A stretch of 64,000 nt of DNA from Rhodothermales bacterium (GCA_963740755.1 CAVUFJ010000017.1:45131-109130), one strand, 5' to 3'. Shown: positions 20,708 to 33,768, numbered from the stretch's first letter. Translations and numbers: made by a program. The notes: generated from the letters alone by a model not told the origin.

Positions 20708-20861
20708 GCGGGCGCGTAGAGGCCGCGGGGCGGCAGCGTTCCGGGTAGCGGGCAGATGCGCCGAGGCTTCACCGGCGGCAGCGCGGCTCCTGTCCGGCCG
20801 CACATCGCACTGATCCACAGGCCTCCTGCGGCGTTGCATTCGCTGCTCCTGTCCCCTGCCT

Positions 20862-23327
20862 GTGCTCGTCCGCGTTGCCCTGCCCCTCCCGCTCGACGAA
20901 GCGTTCACGTACGCCGTGCCCGAGGGCCTGGAGGACGGGCTCGTGCCCGGCAGCCGCGTCGTCGTGCCCTTCGGCAAGCGCATCCTCACCGGCGTCGTCG
21001 TGGAGACGCTCGACGAGGAATCCGAGCCCGGCGACGGCCTGCGCTTTGTAGACGACGTGCTCGACGACGGCGCGGCCGCCACCCCCGAACTGCTCCGCCT
21101 GACGCGCTGGGTGGCCGACTACTACGTCTGCTCGCACGGCGAGGCCCTGCGCGCCGCGCTCCCCGCCGGCCTCGACGTGGCCACCGAGCACCGCGTCCGC
21201 GCCACCGGCGCCGAGCCGGGCCGCGCCTTCGAGGACCCGCGCCTCGGGCCGGTGCTGCACACGCTCCTCGGGCACCCGTCGCTCACCTTCACGGCCCTCC
21301 GGCAGCGCCTGCCCCACGTCACGCTCGCGCTCGTGCAGCGCCTCGAACGCCTCGGCCTGGTCGAGATCGAAACGGGCGAGGCCGCGCCCAAGATCACCCC
21401 CAAAACCGAGACCGCCCTCCGCCTCGCCCCGGCGTTTCAGGAGGCGTCCGCCCTCCGCGACGCGCGGCAACTTGTGCGCGGCGCCAAGCAGAAGGCCGTG
21501 CTCGATGCCCTGCTCGCGCTCGCGCAGGCCGGCACGCCGGAGCCGTCGCAGCCGGCCGTGCTCGCGCGCGCCGCAGCCAGCGCGGGCAGTGTGGCGTCGC
21601 TCGTCGAGGCCGGGATCGTGGAACGGTTTACGCGCGAGGTGCGGCGGGGCGGGCTGGAGGGCGAAGCCATCGTGACCGAGCCGCCGCGCGTGCTCCACGC
21701 CCACCAGCGCACTGCGTTTGCGCGCATCGCCGCCCAGATCCGGGCGGGCACCTACAGCACGTTCCTGCTCCACGGCGTGACCGGCTCGGGCAAGACCGAG
21801 GTGTACGTGGCCGCCCTCCGCGAAGCCCTCGACGCCGGGCGCACCGGGCTCGTGCTCGTGCCCGAGATCGCGCTCACGCCCCAAACGGTGCGCCGCTTCC
21901 GCGCACCCTTCGGGGACAAAGTGGCCGTCGTCCACTCGCGGATGTCGAACGGCGAGCGCTACGACGTGTGGCGCTCGATCCACGAGGGGCGCTATCCGGT
22001 CGTCATCGGGCCGCGCTCGGCCATCTTCGCGCCCGTGCACAACCTCGGGCTCGTGGTGGTGGACGAAGAGCACGAGGCTTCCTACAAGCAGTTCGACCCG
22101 GCCCCGCGCTACCACGCGCGCGACGTGGCAGTGGTGCGGGCGCGCCTCAACGGGGCCGTGTGCGTGCTCGGCTCGGCCACGCCCAGCCTGGAGTCGTGGC
22201 ACAACGCCCACGCCGGCAAATACCACCTCCTCGGGATGCCCGAGCGCGTGCCGCTCCCCGGCGGCGCCACCGCCAAGCTGCCCCCCGTGCAGGTGGTCGA
22301 CCTCGCGCGCGAGCGCAAGCGCCACCGCCTCGACGGCGCGCTCTCGGAAGCCCTCACCGCCGCCATCGCCGACCGGATCGCGAAGCAGGAGGGCGTGATC
22401 CTGCTCCAGAACCGGCGCGGCTATGCGCCCGTCGTGGAGTGCCGGGCGTGCGGCTACAGCCCCCGCTGCCAGCACTGCGCTGTCACCCTCACCTACCACA
22501 AGCCGAAGGCGCACCTCCGCTGCCACTACTGCGGCTACAGCATCCGCCGCCCCCACACCTGCCCCTCCTGCGGCGATCCGGACCTCGCGTTCCAGGGCAT
22601 CGGCACGCAGCGCGTGGAAGAGGAACTGCACCAGCGCTTTCCCGGCATCCGCGTGGTGCGGATGGACCTCGACACGACCGGCACGAAGGGCGCCCACGCC
22701 CGGCTGCTCGACCAGTTTGCGCGCGGCGAAGCCGACGTGCTCCTGGGCACGCAGATGGTCGCCAAGGGCCTCGACTTTGCGCGCGTAACCCTCGTGGGCG
22801 TCGTCAACGCCGACGCGGGGCTGCTGCTGCCCGACTTCCGGGCCGCCGAGCGCACGTTTCAACTCCTCACCCAGGTGGCGGGCCGCGCGGGCCGCGCCGA
22901 GGCGCCCGGCGCGGTCATCCTCCAGACCCGCACGCCAGACAACCCGGCCCTCACCTACGCGCAGCGGCACGATTTCGAGGGCTTCGCGCGGCGCGAGATG
23001 CAGGAACGCGAGATGCTCGGCTATCCGCCCTATGGACGTGTCGTGGCGGCCGAGTTTCGCGGCTACGCGGAGGACGGCACCCTTGCCTTCGCGAAGGAGT
23101 GGACCGCTGCCCTGCTCGAAGCCGTCGCCGGGCTGCCGGTGGAGGTGCTCGGGCCCCAGCCCGCGCTCGTGGGCCGCGTGCAGCGCCTCTACCGGGTCCA
23201 CACCATCCTCAAGGCCCTTCCCGGCGCGCCCCCGCTTCAGCCCATCCTGCGCCGCGTCATGGCCGCGTGCCCGGCGCCCAACCGGATGCGCGTGGCCCTC
23301 GACGTAGACGCCGTGAGCGTGTTCTGA
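20862..23327 (+). CDS. priA: Primosomal protein N' (replication restart helicase)
   Basis: LHGVTGSGKTEVY, VVDEEHE, four CxxC zinc motifs, GTQMVAKGLDF, QVAGRAGR. Confidence 0.97.
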   Translation: MLVRVALPLPLDEAFTYAVPEGLEDGLVPGSRVVVPFGKRILTGVVVETLDEESEPGDGLRFVDDVLDDGAAATPELLRLTRWVADYYVCSHGEALRAALPAGLDVATEHRVRATGAEPGRAFEDPRLGPVLHTLLGHPSLTFTALRQRLPHVTLALVQRLERLGLVEIETGEAAPKITPKTETALRLAPAFQEASALRDARQLVRGAKQKAVLDALLALAQAGTPEPSQPAVLARAAASAGSVASLVEAGIVERFTREVRRGGLEGEAIVTEPPRVLHAHQRTAFARIAAQIRAGTYSTFLLHGVTGSGKTEVYVAALREALDAGRTGLVLVPEIALTPQTVRRFRAPFGDKVAVVHSRMSNGERYDVWRSIHEGRYPVVIGPRSAIFAPVHNLGLVVVDEEHEASYKQFDPAPRYHARDVAVVRARLNGAVCVLGSATPSLESWHNAHAGKYHLLGMPERVPLPGGATAKLPPVQVVDLARERKRHRLDGALSEALTAAIADRIAKQEGVILLQNRRGYAPVVECRACGYSPRCQHCAVTLTYHKPKAHLRCHYCGYSIRRPHTCPSCGDPDLAFQGIGTQRVEEELHQRFPGIRVVRMDLDTTGTKGAHARLLDQFARGEADVLLGTQMVAKGLDFARVTLVGVVNADAGLLLPDFRAAERTFQLLTQVAGRAGRAEAPGAVILQTRTPDNPALTYAQRHDFEGFARREMQEREMLGYPPYGRVVAAEFRGYAEDGTLAFAKEWTAALLEAVAGLPVEVLGPQPALVGRVQRLYRVHTILKALPGAPPLQPILRRVMAACPAPNRMRVALDVDAVSVF

Positions 23328-23330
23328 GGG

Positions 23331-23908
23331 TCAGGGCAGCCACGTCGCTACGTCCGTGCGCCGGGTGGGCGGCGGCGGGACCTCCGCCGGATAGCCGAGC
23401 ATCACGAGCCCGACGAGCGTCTCGGCCTCCGGAGCTGCCCCGGCGAGGGCCCAGAAGCGTGGGTCGCGCGTGACGGGGCCGGTCGTCCATTTCGTGCCGA
23501 TGCCCGCGCTCCACAGGTAGAGGGCGGCGTTCTGGAGCGCGGCCGCCACCGCGTCCTGGTCCTCGCGCTCGCGGACGGCGTCGCCGGGCGTGCGGCGGCA
23601 GAAGGCGGCCAGGTAGACGGGCACCTCAGCCCAGCGGGCGCGCTTGTTCTCGGCGGCCGCCTCGCCCTGCCGTTCGCGCACCACCTCGGTGTTGAGGTCC
23701 ACCAGCGCCGCCCGCGCCGCCGGGCCAAACACCACGAAGCGCCACGGCTCGGTGTGCTTGTGATTGGGCGCCGTTGCGGCGAGCGCGAGCGCGGTGGCGG
23801 AGCGGCTGCCTCGGGCACCGGACGCGCCGGGTCGAAGCGGTGGATCGTGCGGCGCGTCGCCATCAGGCGGGCAACGGCCTCGGGAGTGGGCAGGGACAGA
23901 TCGGCCAT
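23331..23908 (-). CDS. Nitroreductase family protein; frameshift near 23800
   Basis: RRTIHRF, then APNHKHTEPWRF, AALQNAALYLWSAGIGTKWTTG, VMLGYP. Confidence 0.88.
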
Positions 23909-23911
23909 CCA

Positions 23912-23951
23912 TGAAAGTAGGGGCGCCTCCGCAGAAGCGCCCCTACTTTCA
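23912..23951. repeat. GTAG-type REP-like palindrome
   Basis: TGAAAGTAGGGGCGC-ctccgcagaa-GCGCCCCTACTTTCA; same core as 14385-14414. Confidence 0.75.
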
Positions 23952-23974
23952 CCCGTGAAGCTTTGTCGGCCTGC

Positions 23975-24382
23975 TCAGGCGGGCTGCAGGTCCACCATGA
24001 CGAGCGTCGTGAGCACACGCTGGCCGGGGAAGGACGGCATCCCGGCGGCAAACACGTCCTGCGTGTTGATGACCGCCGTGTACCCGAGGCGCAGCGCCAT
24101 GCCGTACACCTCGTCGCAGATCGCGTGGGCATCGGCGCCGCGCAAGAAGGCCTGCAGGGCAATGTTGGTGAGGTAGCGCGAGAGGCTCGGGTCTACCGCG
24201 GCCAGAAACTGCACCACCGGGGGCATCCGGTGGACGGGCAGGTTGCCGTCCGGGCGCTGGCCCGCCATGTGCGGCACAAACGTCGGCGCGTGGCTGCCGT
24301 GGCCGTCTCCCGACTGCGGAAGGTGGGGCGGCTGGAAGGGCCCCGATGGCTGCGAGGCCGAGACGTACGTACGGTATTTCAT
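23975..24382 (-). CDS. Hypothetical protein
   Basis: ATG at 24382; 135-aa ORF with GC-rich third positions; no recognised motif. Confidence 0.5.
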   Translation of the reverse strand: MKYRTYVSASQPSGPFQPPHLPQSGDGHGSHAPTFVPHMAGQRPDGNLPVHRMPPVVQFLAAVDPSLSRYLTNIALQAFLRGADAHAICDEVYGMALRLGYTAVINTQDVFAAGMPSFPGQRVLTTLVMVDLQPA

Positions 24383-24666
24383 GGGAGCAGGGGTGACGGA
24401 GTAGACGGTTGCTGGTGGTATCGAACACCCTCCGCAAACCTTAAGCCAAAACCGTTTGCCCCACCGTCGCATTAGCAACCCTCGGCATCGGGCGGAAACC
24501 AAGGTCCTAGATTGCACCCCTCAGGTAGCCCGGCCCAGACGCTGGCGCAGGCGCTCCTGGCGCCCCTTTCGCGGCGGGGACGTGCGCAGAATTGCCGTGA
24601 ATGGCCCCGCTGCGCGCCGGCGCCGCTTGCCTGCTGGGCCCCCTGCGTCGTAGCTTGGGCGTGTTC

Positions 24667-24740
24667 GGGTCTATAGCTCAGTTGGTTAGAGCGCTTCGTT
24701 GACATCGAAGAGGTCAGCGGTTCGAATCCGTTTAGACCCA
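24667..24740 (+). tRNA. trnV: tRNA-Val (GAC)
   Basis: GGGTCTA/TAGACCC acceptor stem, D arm AGCTCAGTTGGTTAGAGC, anticodon arm CTTCG-TTGACAT-CGAAG, GGTTCGAATCC T-loop; CCA not encoded. Confidence 0.97.
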
Positions 24741-25086
24741 CCGAACGATCTGTTTGGCGCGTCCCCCTCAGGTGGGGAAGGCCCGCAGTTCGGGCCTGTT
24801 TAGCGTTCCCCCTTTTATCGGCCTCCGCAACGCTGCGGAGGCCGATTTTCATTTCTCTGTATCTTTTTCTAGACGGGGGGCGTCACGCCTCCGTCACATC
24901 TGCCCCGCTGTCTCAGCTTGACCACGACGGCAAGGCTTGCCGTCTCACTTGCGACAAGGTTTCCGCCCTGCTTGCCTCTTGGCGCCCTGCGGCGTAACGT
25001 GGCGTCCGGCCCTTCGGGAGCGACAGAGATGCCCGGCCGAAATCTGTTCTGCGCGTGCGTGCCTGCGCGCGGCTGTTCTCGCCTGC

Positions 25087-27888
<2,802 letters not shown>

Positions 27889-28020
27889 CGCAGGGACAGG
27901 CGGGCGCGGCCGGTATCTTACCGACGCGCCCCACGGCTTCTTAACCGATCCTGACGCCCGTCGTGCGCGTTGGAGCGACCACGCTCCCGCCGTTCGCCTC
28001 ACGTTCGCTCTCTGCCTGCC

Positions 28021-29956
28021 ATGTCCGACCTCCGCCTGACGCTCCCCGACGGTTCTGCGCGCTCGTTTCCGGCGGGCACGACCGGGCGCGACGTCGCCCG
28101 CTCGATCTCGGAAGGCCTCGCCCGCAACGCCCTCGCCGTCGAAGGTGAATGGCGAGGTGCGCGACCTCGACCGCACGATCGAGGGCGACGCCACGTTTGC
28201 GGTGCTGACGTGGAACGACGCGGAGGGCAAGAGCACGTTCTGGCACTCGTCCGCCCACCTCATGGCCGAGGCGCTCGAAGCCCTCCACCCAGGTGTCCAG
28301 TTCGGTATTGGGCCGCCCATCGAGCAAGGCTTCTACTACGACGTGGACCTCGGCGGGCAGACGCTCACGCCCGAAGACCTCGCCGCGCTGGAGGCCAAGA
28401 TGATCGAACTCGCCCGCCGCGACGTGCGCTACGAGCGCCGCGCGGTGCCGAAGGACGAGGCCGTCGCCTACTTCACCGAAAAGGGCGACGCCTACAAGCT
28501 CGACCTGCTGGAGCGCCTGGAAGACGGCACGATCACGTTCTACACGCAGGGCGGCTTTACCGACCTCTGCCGCGGCCCCCACATCCCTAGCACGGGCGGC
28601 ATCAAGGCGGCCAAGCTGCTCTCGGTGGCGGGCGCGTACTGGCGGGGCGACTCGAACAACAAGCAGCTCACGCGCCTGTACGCCATCACCTTCCCCAAGA
28701 AGAGCGAGCTCGACGCCTTCCTCGAACTCCGCGCGGAGGCCGAACGGCGCGACCACCGCAAGCTCGGGCGCGAGCTGGAGCTGTTCCTGCTCACGCCCAT
28801 GATCGGCGGGGGGCTGCCCGTGTGGCTGCCCAAGGGGACGGTGCTCCGGCGCACGCTGGAGGGCTTCCTGCGCGACGAGCAGCGGCGGCGCGGCTACCAG
28901 GAGGTCATCACGCCCCACATCGGCAACCTCGAACTCTACAAGACGAGCGGGCACTATCCGTACTACGCGGACTCGCAGTACCCGCCCATGCAGATCGAGG
29001 ACGAGCAGTACCTGCTCAAGCCGATGAACTGCCCGCACCACCACATGGTCTACGCGAGCAAGCCCCGCTCCTACCGCGACCTGCCGGTGCGCCTCGCCGA
29101 GTTCGGAACGGTGTACCGCTATGAGCAGTCCGGCGAGCTCGGCGGCCTCTCGCGCGTGCGCGGCTTCACGCAGGACGACGCGCACCTCTACTGCACCCAC
29201 GACCAGCTCAAGGACGAGATCAAGGGCGTGGTAGACCTCACGCAGTTCGTCTTCCGGACGTTCGGCATGGAGGTGACGACGCGCCTGTCCTTCCGCGACG
29301 AGAACGAGGCCAAGTACGGCGGCGAGCGCGAATACTGGGACCGCGCGCAGCGCGAGATCCAGGAGGTGGCCGACGAGATGGGCCTCGACTACTTTATCGG
29401 CGAGGGCGAGGCGGCCTTCTACGGGCCGAAGATCGACTTCATCGTGCGCGACGCGCTCGGCCGCAAGTGGCAGCTCGGCACCGTGCAGGTAGACTACGTG
29501 ATGCCCGAGCGCTTCCAGCTCGAATACACGGGCGCCGACGGGCAGAAGCACCGCCCGGTGATCATCCACCGGGCGCCGTTTGGCTCGATGGAGCGCTTCG
29601 TGAGCATCCTCATCGAGCACTTCGCGGGCAACTTCCCCGTGTGGCTCGCGCCCGTGCAGGTGGCCGTGCTCCCCGTCTCCAACGCCTTCGACGAGTACGC
29701 GAAGCGGGTGGAGCAGACGCTCCTCGACGCCGGCCTCCGCGCCGAGGCCGACCTGCGCTCGGACAAGGTGGGCTACAAGATCCGCCAGGCCGAACTCCAG
29801 AAGGTGCCTTACATGCTCATCGTGGGCGCGAGCGAGGCCGAGAGCGGCACCGTCGCCGTGCGCCGCCACGGGCAGGGCGCCCAGGAATCGGCAGACCTCA
29901 CGGCCTTCCGCGATGCGCTCGTAGCCGAGGTGGCCGGGCAGATGGGGCGCGCGTAA
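28021..29956 (+). CDS. thrS: Threonine--tRNA ligase; +1 frameshift near 28144
   Basis: TGS domain LTLPDGS; WHSSAHLMA; DLCRGPH; RDHRKLG; KPMNCPHH; GEAAFYGPK; [12 protein letters not shown]. Confidence 0.97.
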
Positions 29957-30077
29957 CGACAAAGCTCAGCCGCAGCGGGGAAAAACTACAGGGGCTGAAA
30001 TGGGGAGAGTGGAGCGAGAAGGTGTGGGCGAGGCCTGTGTGCTAACACCCACTGTCGGCTGAAGTGTTGGTTTATGC
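29951..30077 (+). mobile_element. attC-like site 1 (integron cassette recombination site) overlapping the thrS stop
   Basis: GCGTAAC-gacaaagctCAGCCGCAGCGGG ... CCCACTGTCGGCTG-aagtgttg-GTTTATGC; imperfect inverted repeat with unpaired bases; 127 bp. Confidence 0.7.
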
Positions 30078-30132
30078 GGCACAAACGCAGCCACCAAAGG
30101 TTCACTGGGCCTGTTCAGACCCCGTGCAAGCG

Positions 30133-30330
30133 ATGAGCATTCAGGAGATCGAGGCCGCCATCATGCGCCTGCCCGTCAGAGACCTCGCCCAACTGACGGC
30201 GTGGCTGGACGACTACAATGCGGCAGCGTGGGATAAGCGAATCGAGGCAGACTTAGAAGCGGGCCGGCTTGATAAGCTGCTTGATGAGGTGGACCGTGAG
30301 TACGAAGCGGGAGAGGCGAGGCCGCTGTGA
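30133..30330 (+). CDS. Putative antitoxin (65 aa, acidic)
   Basis: MSIQEIEAAIMRLP..WDKRIEADLEAGRLDKL; GTGA overlap with the downstream toxin-like gene. Confidence 0.75.
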   Translation: MSIQEIEAAIMRLPVRDLAQLTAWLDDYNAAAWDKRIEADLEAGRLDKLLDEVDREYEAGEARPL

Positions 30331-30590
30331 TTCATCTGACGCTGCCGCGTTTCTGGCGGCACTACGAGAAACTGCCGGTCGAAATCCGCGAGTTGGCCGA
30401 CAAGAACTACGAGTTGCTCAAAGCCGACCCGAAGCATCCGTCGCTGCACTTCAAGAAGGTCGGGGCGAAGCGGGGGCTTTGGTCGGCGCGCGTGGGCGAG
30501 CATTACCGGGCGCTGGGTGTGGAGAAGCCGGAGGGGATGGTGTGGTTCTGGATTGGCACGCACGCCGAGTACGACGGTCTCATTGCGTAG
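30327..30590 (+). CDS. RelE/ParE-like toxin
   Basis: FWRHYEKLP, LLKADPKHPSLHFKKVG, WSARVGEHYRALG, WFWIGTHAEYD. Confidence 0.85.
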   Translation: MIHLTLPRFWRHYEKLPVEIRELADKNYELLKADPKHPSLHFKKVGAKRGLWSARVGEHYRALGVEKPEGMVWFWIGTHAEYDGLIA

Positions 30591-30600
30591 GTGGTGCGCG

Positions 30601-30718
30601 GCATAACAACAAAGCTCAGCCGCGCCCACCACGAGCATTGCCGAGCGGGATGAATGTACAGAATGGCATGAGCATGAAGAGCGGCACGGAAGGCGTCGGC
30701 TGTAGCGCTGTGTTCTGC
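30601..30718 (+). mobile_element. attC-like site 2
   Basis: GCATAAC-aacaaagctCAGCCGCGCC ... GGCGTCGGCTG-tagcgctgt-GTTCTGC; 118 bp; starts 10 nt after the toxin stop; shares ACAAAGCTCAGCCGC with site 1. Confidence 0.78.
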
Positions 30719-31351
30719 GCTGGCTAATTCACGCCCGCCCACCACCGAGACCATCTGCCTCCTAGGTGGCGCTTGCCGGGCCCTGTACAGGAGGTGCCCT
30801 TCAGGCAATAGAGGATCCCAGTACGGTCGCCCGACAAATCGAACAGGACCTCGTCAGGGAGGTTGTGGATGAGGAGAGCGCCTGAGGAATGAAGCGCGCC
30901 ACAGAGCTGGATTGGTGCGGCTTTCGTGCCGGCGTCTGGTCCGCAATTCCACTGGGCGAGATGGACCGGCTCTGCGTTGCTGAGCTCTGAAGCGGCGTTC
31001 TCAAGCGGCTTGCGGTGGAGCACGAGGTAGAGCCGGTAAGATGCGTCAGTCGTACTAGGGAATCGCCATAGAACCCGCTGGGCAAATGAGGGCGGCGTCC
31101 ATCGCCGCAACCTGCTCCGCCCAGTGGGCACGCTGTGCCGAGACAGCTCAAGAGGATGCCATCGGGGTGACGCGGCTGGCTGATTTGTCCCCTCCAAGTC
31201 CTGCCTTGCCTCCTTTCCGAGAAGGTGGGAATCCAGTTGGAGCCGTCAGTATGCCCGCGATTCTCGCCTTCTGGGGAAAGGCAGAAAGGGGGAAGCAGCG
31301 CGATGGCGGCGCCCCAGCCGTTCAACTGCGAAACTCCTATGCCAGAGTCAT

Positions 31352-32386
31352 TTAGTTCTGTCTTGCCAAGCGGAATTCGTAGTGGGAAAATGCCCCCCCC
31401 GCTCTACCCTCCTGAAAGAGCTTCTGTAATCCAGCAGATGGAGTGAGCACCCACTCGAAGTTAAGATAGGCGGGTCCAAACGAGAAGGCTTCTTTCAGAG
31501 AATCGCTAGGCGATGCGTAGTGCCTAGCAAGTCGAACCAACGGCTGACCTCCAAATACCTGGGGATCCGCATGATGCTGCAAAAAAGGGGCGAACTCATA
31601 ACTATCCCCAAATCCTGATTGCCTGAAAGCCAAACTGTCTTCTCTGTCCGAGATGGCAAAACTCCGTGAAACGGAGCCGGTTTGCCAAGGAGGCTCATTG
31701 CTCGCGTCAAACTGGCGGGTCCGATATCGACCGGTGAATGTTTCCTTGACTTTGTACAATTGCTGGGCGCGATAAACACACACGCCGCCAACTTGCGGTT
31801 CGGACGTTTGCTCTACGAAATCCCAAGTGAGAAGCCCTTCGGCTTGCATAGGCCATACCGAACCGTTATCTCGCCTGAAGTAGCTATAATCAAACGTCCA
31901 CCTCGCGCCCAGTTCAAGCGGAAAGAAATCATGGCCTTGGGCTAGCGTAACAGAAACCGTTTCCACCTTGACCTCTCCATCCTGGCCTTCAGCTTCAACC
32001 CGGAGCGCCATTCTCTTGTCTCGCAGGCCCGATACGGATTCGGGTAGATCCAAAGGAATGCGAAACGGAAGTTCCTGAACGCCACCGGCCTCGCAGGCCA
32101 CCGTAGCGATTGCGTCTGCGTCGGGTTCAGAACGCAGAGAAACCCGAACCTGCTTTACGCCCGCGTCCGCATGTACAACCCCGCTAGCCACGATCGTCGT
32201 CCCTGTCAGGAAGGCCTCGCCTATCACTGGGCGCGTGATCGTAAGGATCGCTGGTGCATAGTGAGGCGGTTCCCCCTTTGGCGGCACGCGAGGGCTCGAC
32301 CCTTCCATAACAGCATCACAGCCGCAGAAGAACAGCCCTCCCGCCCAGAGGTAGAGTCCGCACCGTTGAAAGAGGGTAGAGCGCAT
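31352..32386 (-). CDS. Hypothetical lipoprotein with an Ig-like N-terminal region, lower GC than the flanks
   Basis: Lipobox FFCGC; DFFPLELGARWTFDY motif; many A/T-ending codons. Confidence 0.65.
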   Translation of the reverse strand: MRSTLFQRCGLYLWAGGLFFCGCDAVMEGSSPRVPPKGEPPHYAPAILTITRPVIGEAFLTGTTIVASGVVHADAGVKQVRVSLRSEPDADAIATVACEAGGVQELPFRIPLDLPESVSGLRDKRMALRVEAEGQDGEVKVETVSVTLAQGHDFFPLELGARWTFDYSYFRRDNGSVWPMQAEGLLTWDFVEQTSEPQVGGVCVYRAQQLYKVKETFTGRYRTRQFDASNEPPWQTGSVSRSFAISDREDSLAFRQSGFGDSYEFAPFLQHHADPQVFGGQPLVRLARHYASPSDSLKEAFSFGPAYLNFEWVLTPSAGLQKLFQEGRAGGAFSHYEFRLARQN

Positions 32387-32764
32387 TCCAAGAGACCAAA
32401 GGAGAATCGCTGGCCTTCAGACCTCTAGAGTACAATTTGGCTAACCTGATTACCCAATCAAATCTGTAAACGAACTATATCTATGCCTATGACGTCCAGG
32501 GCTGTGCCAAGCCGTAGTTGATGGCATTGGGTGCGAAGCGGCGCGGTCTCCTCGTGCAGCGCGCGGTAGGGGGAAATGGCGGCGTACCATTGGTCCTCGT
32601 AATGGCCGAATCTATACGCTCCCGAAAAGAATAGCGGGCCTTGCATTCGCCTTCTCGTATCGAGATGGATCCAATGTTGTCCACGATCAGCCCCGCGCGG
32701 CTTCTTCGTGTATCTTCCGCCGCGTTTCGGCGTTTTCTTCCGTTTCACCAACCCCCATACCGCC

Positions 32765-33283
32765 ATCGATCAGGTCCGTATTAACGAGCAGATTCGCGCC
32801 GTGCAGGTGCGCGTCGTCGGCACCGAAGGAGAGCACGGCATCATGAGCCGCGACCAGGCCCTCGACATGGCCCGCGCCCGCGCCCTCGACCTCGTCGAGA
32901 TCGCCCCGCAGGCCACGCCGCCGGTCTGCAAGATCATCGACTTCGGGAAATTCCGCTACGAGCAGCAGAAGCGCGAGAAGGAGGCCCGCCGCAAAACGGC
33001 CACCACCGAACTCAAGGAAATCCGCTTCGGCCCCAACACCGACACGCATGACTTCGAGTTCAAGCTCAAGCACGCCAAGGAATTCCTCGGCGACGGCGAC
33101 AAGGTGAAGGCCTACGTGCAGTTTCGCGGACGCGCCATCGTCTACAAAGACCGCGGCCTCGACATCCTCGACCGCTTCAAGGACGCCCTCGGCGACCTCG
33201 CCAAGGTGGACCAGCCGCCCTCGATGGAAGGCCGCCGCATGACGATGATCCTCTCGCCGGCCAAGACGGCGAAGAAAGTCTGA
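32765..33283 (+). CDS. infC: Translation initiation factor IF-3; start probably non-AUG
   Basis: RINEQIR, LDLVEIAP, PPVCKIIDFGKFRYE, HDFEFKLK, GDKVK, EGRRMTMILSP. Confidence 0.95.
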   Translation: MDQVRINEQIRAVQVRVVGTEGEHGIMSRDQALDMARARALDLVEIAPQATPPVCKIIDFGKFRYEQQKREKEARRKTATTELKEIRFGPNTDTHDFEFKLKHAKEFLGDGDKVKAYVQFRGRAIVYKDRGLDILDRFKDALGDLAKVDQPPSMEGRRMTMILSPAKTAKKV

Positions 33284-33323
33284 CCTGCGCCTCAGCGGGG
33301 CTCGCCCCGGTGCGCCCCGCCCG

Positions 33324-33632
33324 ATGCCCACGCCCCGTCCGCCCACCCCGCCCGACCTCTCGGTGCTGCCGGAGCCGCTGCGACAGCGCTTTCTGCGCCT
33401 CTACCGCGTCTTCGCCGCCGGGCTGTTCCTCGCCATGGGCGGCGCCTCGGTGGCGGCGCTCTCGTCCGGCCTGCCCCGCCGCCTCGGCCTCGCTGCCCTG
33501 CTCGTGGGCGCGCTCGTGGCCGGCGGCACCTTTCTCTACGCGCTGCGCAGCGGGCAGGCCGCCACGCCGCCGCCCATCGAGCCACCGGTCCCGCCGCCCT
33601 CGGGCGACGGCGCGCTCGACCCGCCGGGCTGA
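33324..33632 (+). CDS. Small two-TM hypothetical protein with Pro-rich ends
   Basis: Two hydrophobic segments; ATG 40 nt after the infC stop. Confidence 0.55.
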   Translation: MPTPRPPTPPDLSVLPEPLRQRFLRLYRVFAAGLFLAMGGASVAALSSGLPRRLGLAALLVGALVAGGTFLYALRSGQAATPPPIEPPVPPPSGDGALDPPG

Positions 33633-33653
33633 GCGCGTCTAACAAAAGAGGGT

Positions 33654-33737
33654 GTCATTGCGAGCGCAGCGAAGCAATCCCCACCTACGGCTCCTGAACA
33701 GGGAGATTGCTTCGTCGGAAGACCTCCTCGCAATGAC
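33654..33737. repeat. GTCATTGCGAG...CTCGCAATGAC palindromic repeat (REP/MITE-like)
   Basis: 11-bp terminal inverted repeat plus an inner GAAGCAATC/GATTGCTTC stem; relatives at 48516-48614 and 63271-63356. Confidence 0.85.
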
Positions 33738-33768
33738 GGGGCTGGGATCAGGCGAGATGCACTGAGCG

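Noticed and set aside
27889-28020. T-box or thrS translational operator
   Set aside because: No T-box consensus visible and the leader is short; an operator structure cannot be supported without folding or alignment.
28135-28150. Programmed frameshifting or pseudogenisation of thrS, nuoB, nuoF and others
   Set aside because: Essential genes with otherwise intact motifs, no slippery heptamer, and similar single-base indels throughout the window point to sequencing error.
30724-31325. ORFs of 157 and 174 aa as an integrase remnant or cassette gene
   Set aside because: No tyrosine-recombinase R-H-R-Y motifs or other recognisable domain; left unannotated.
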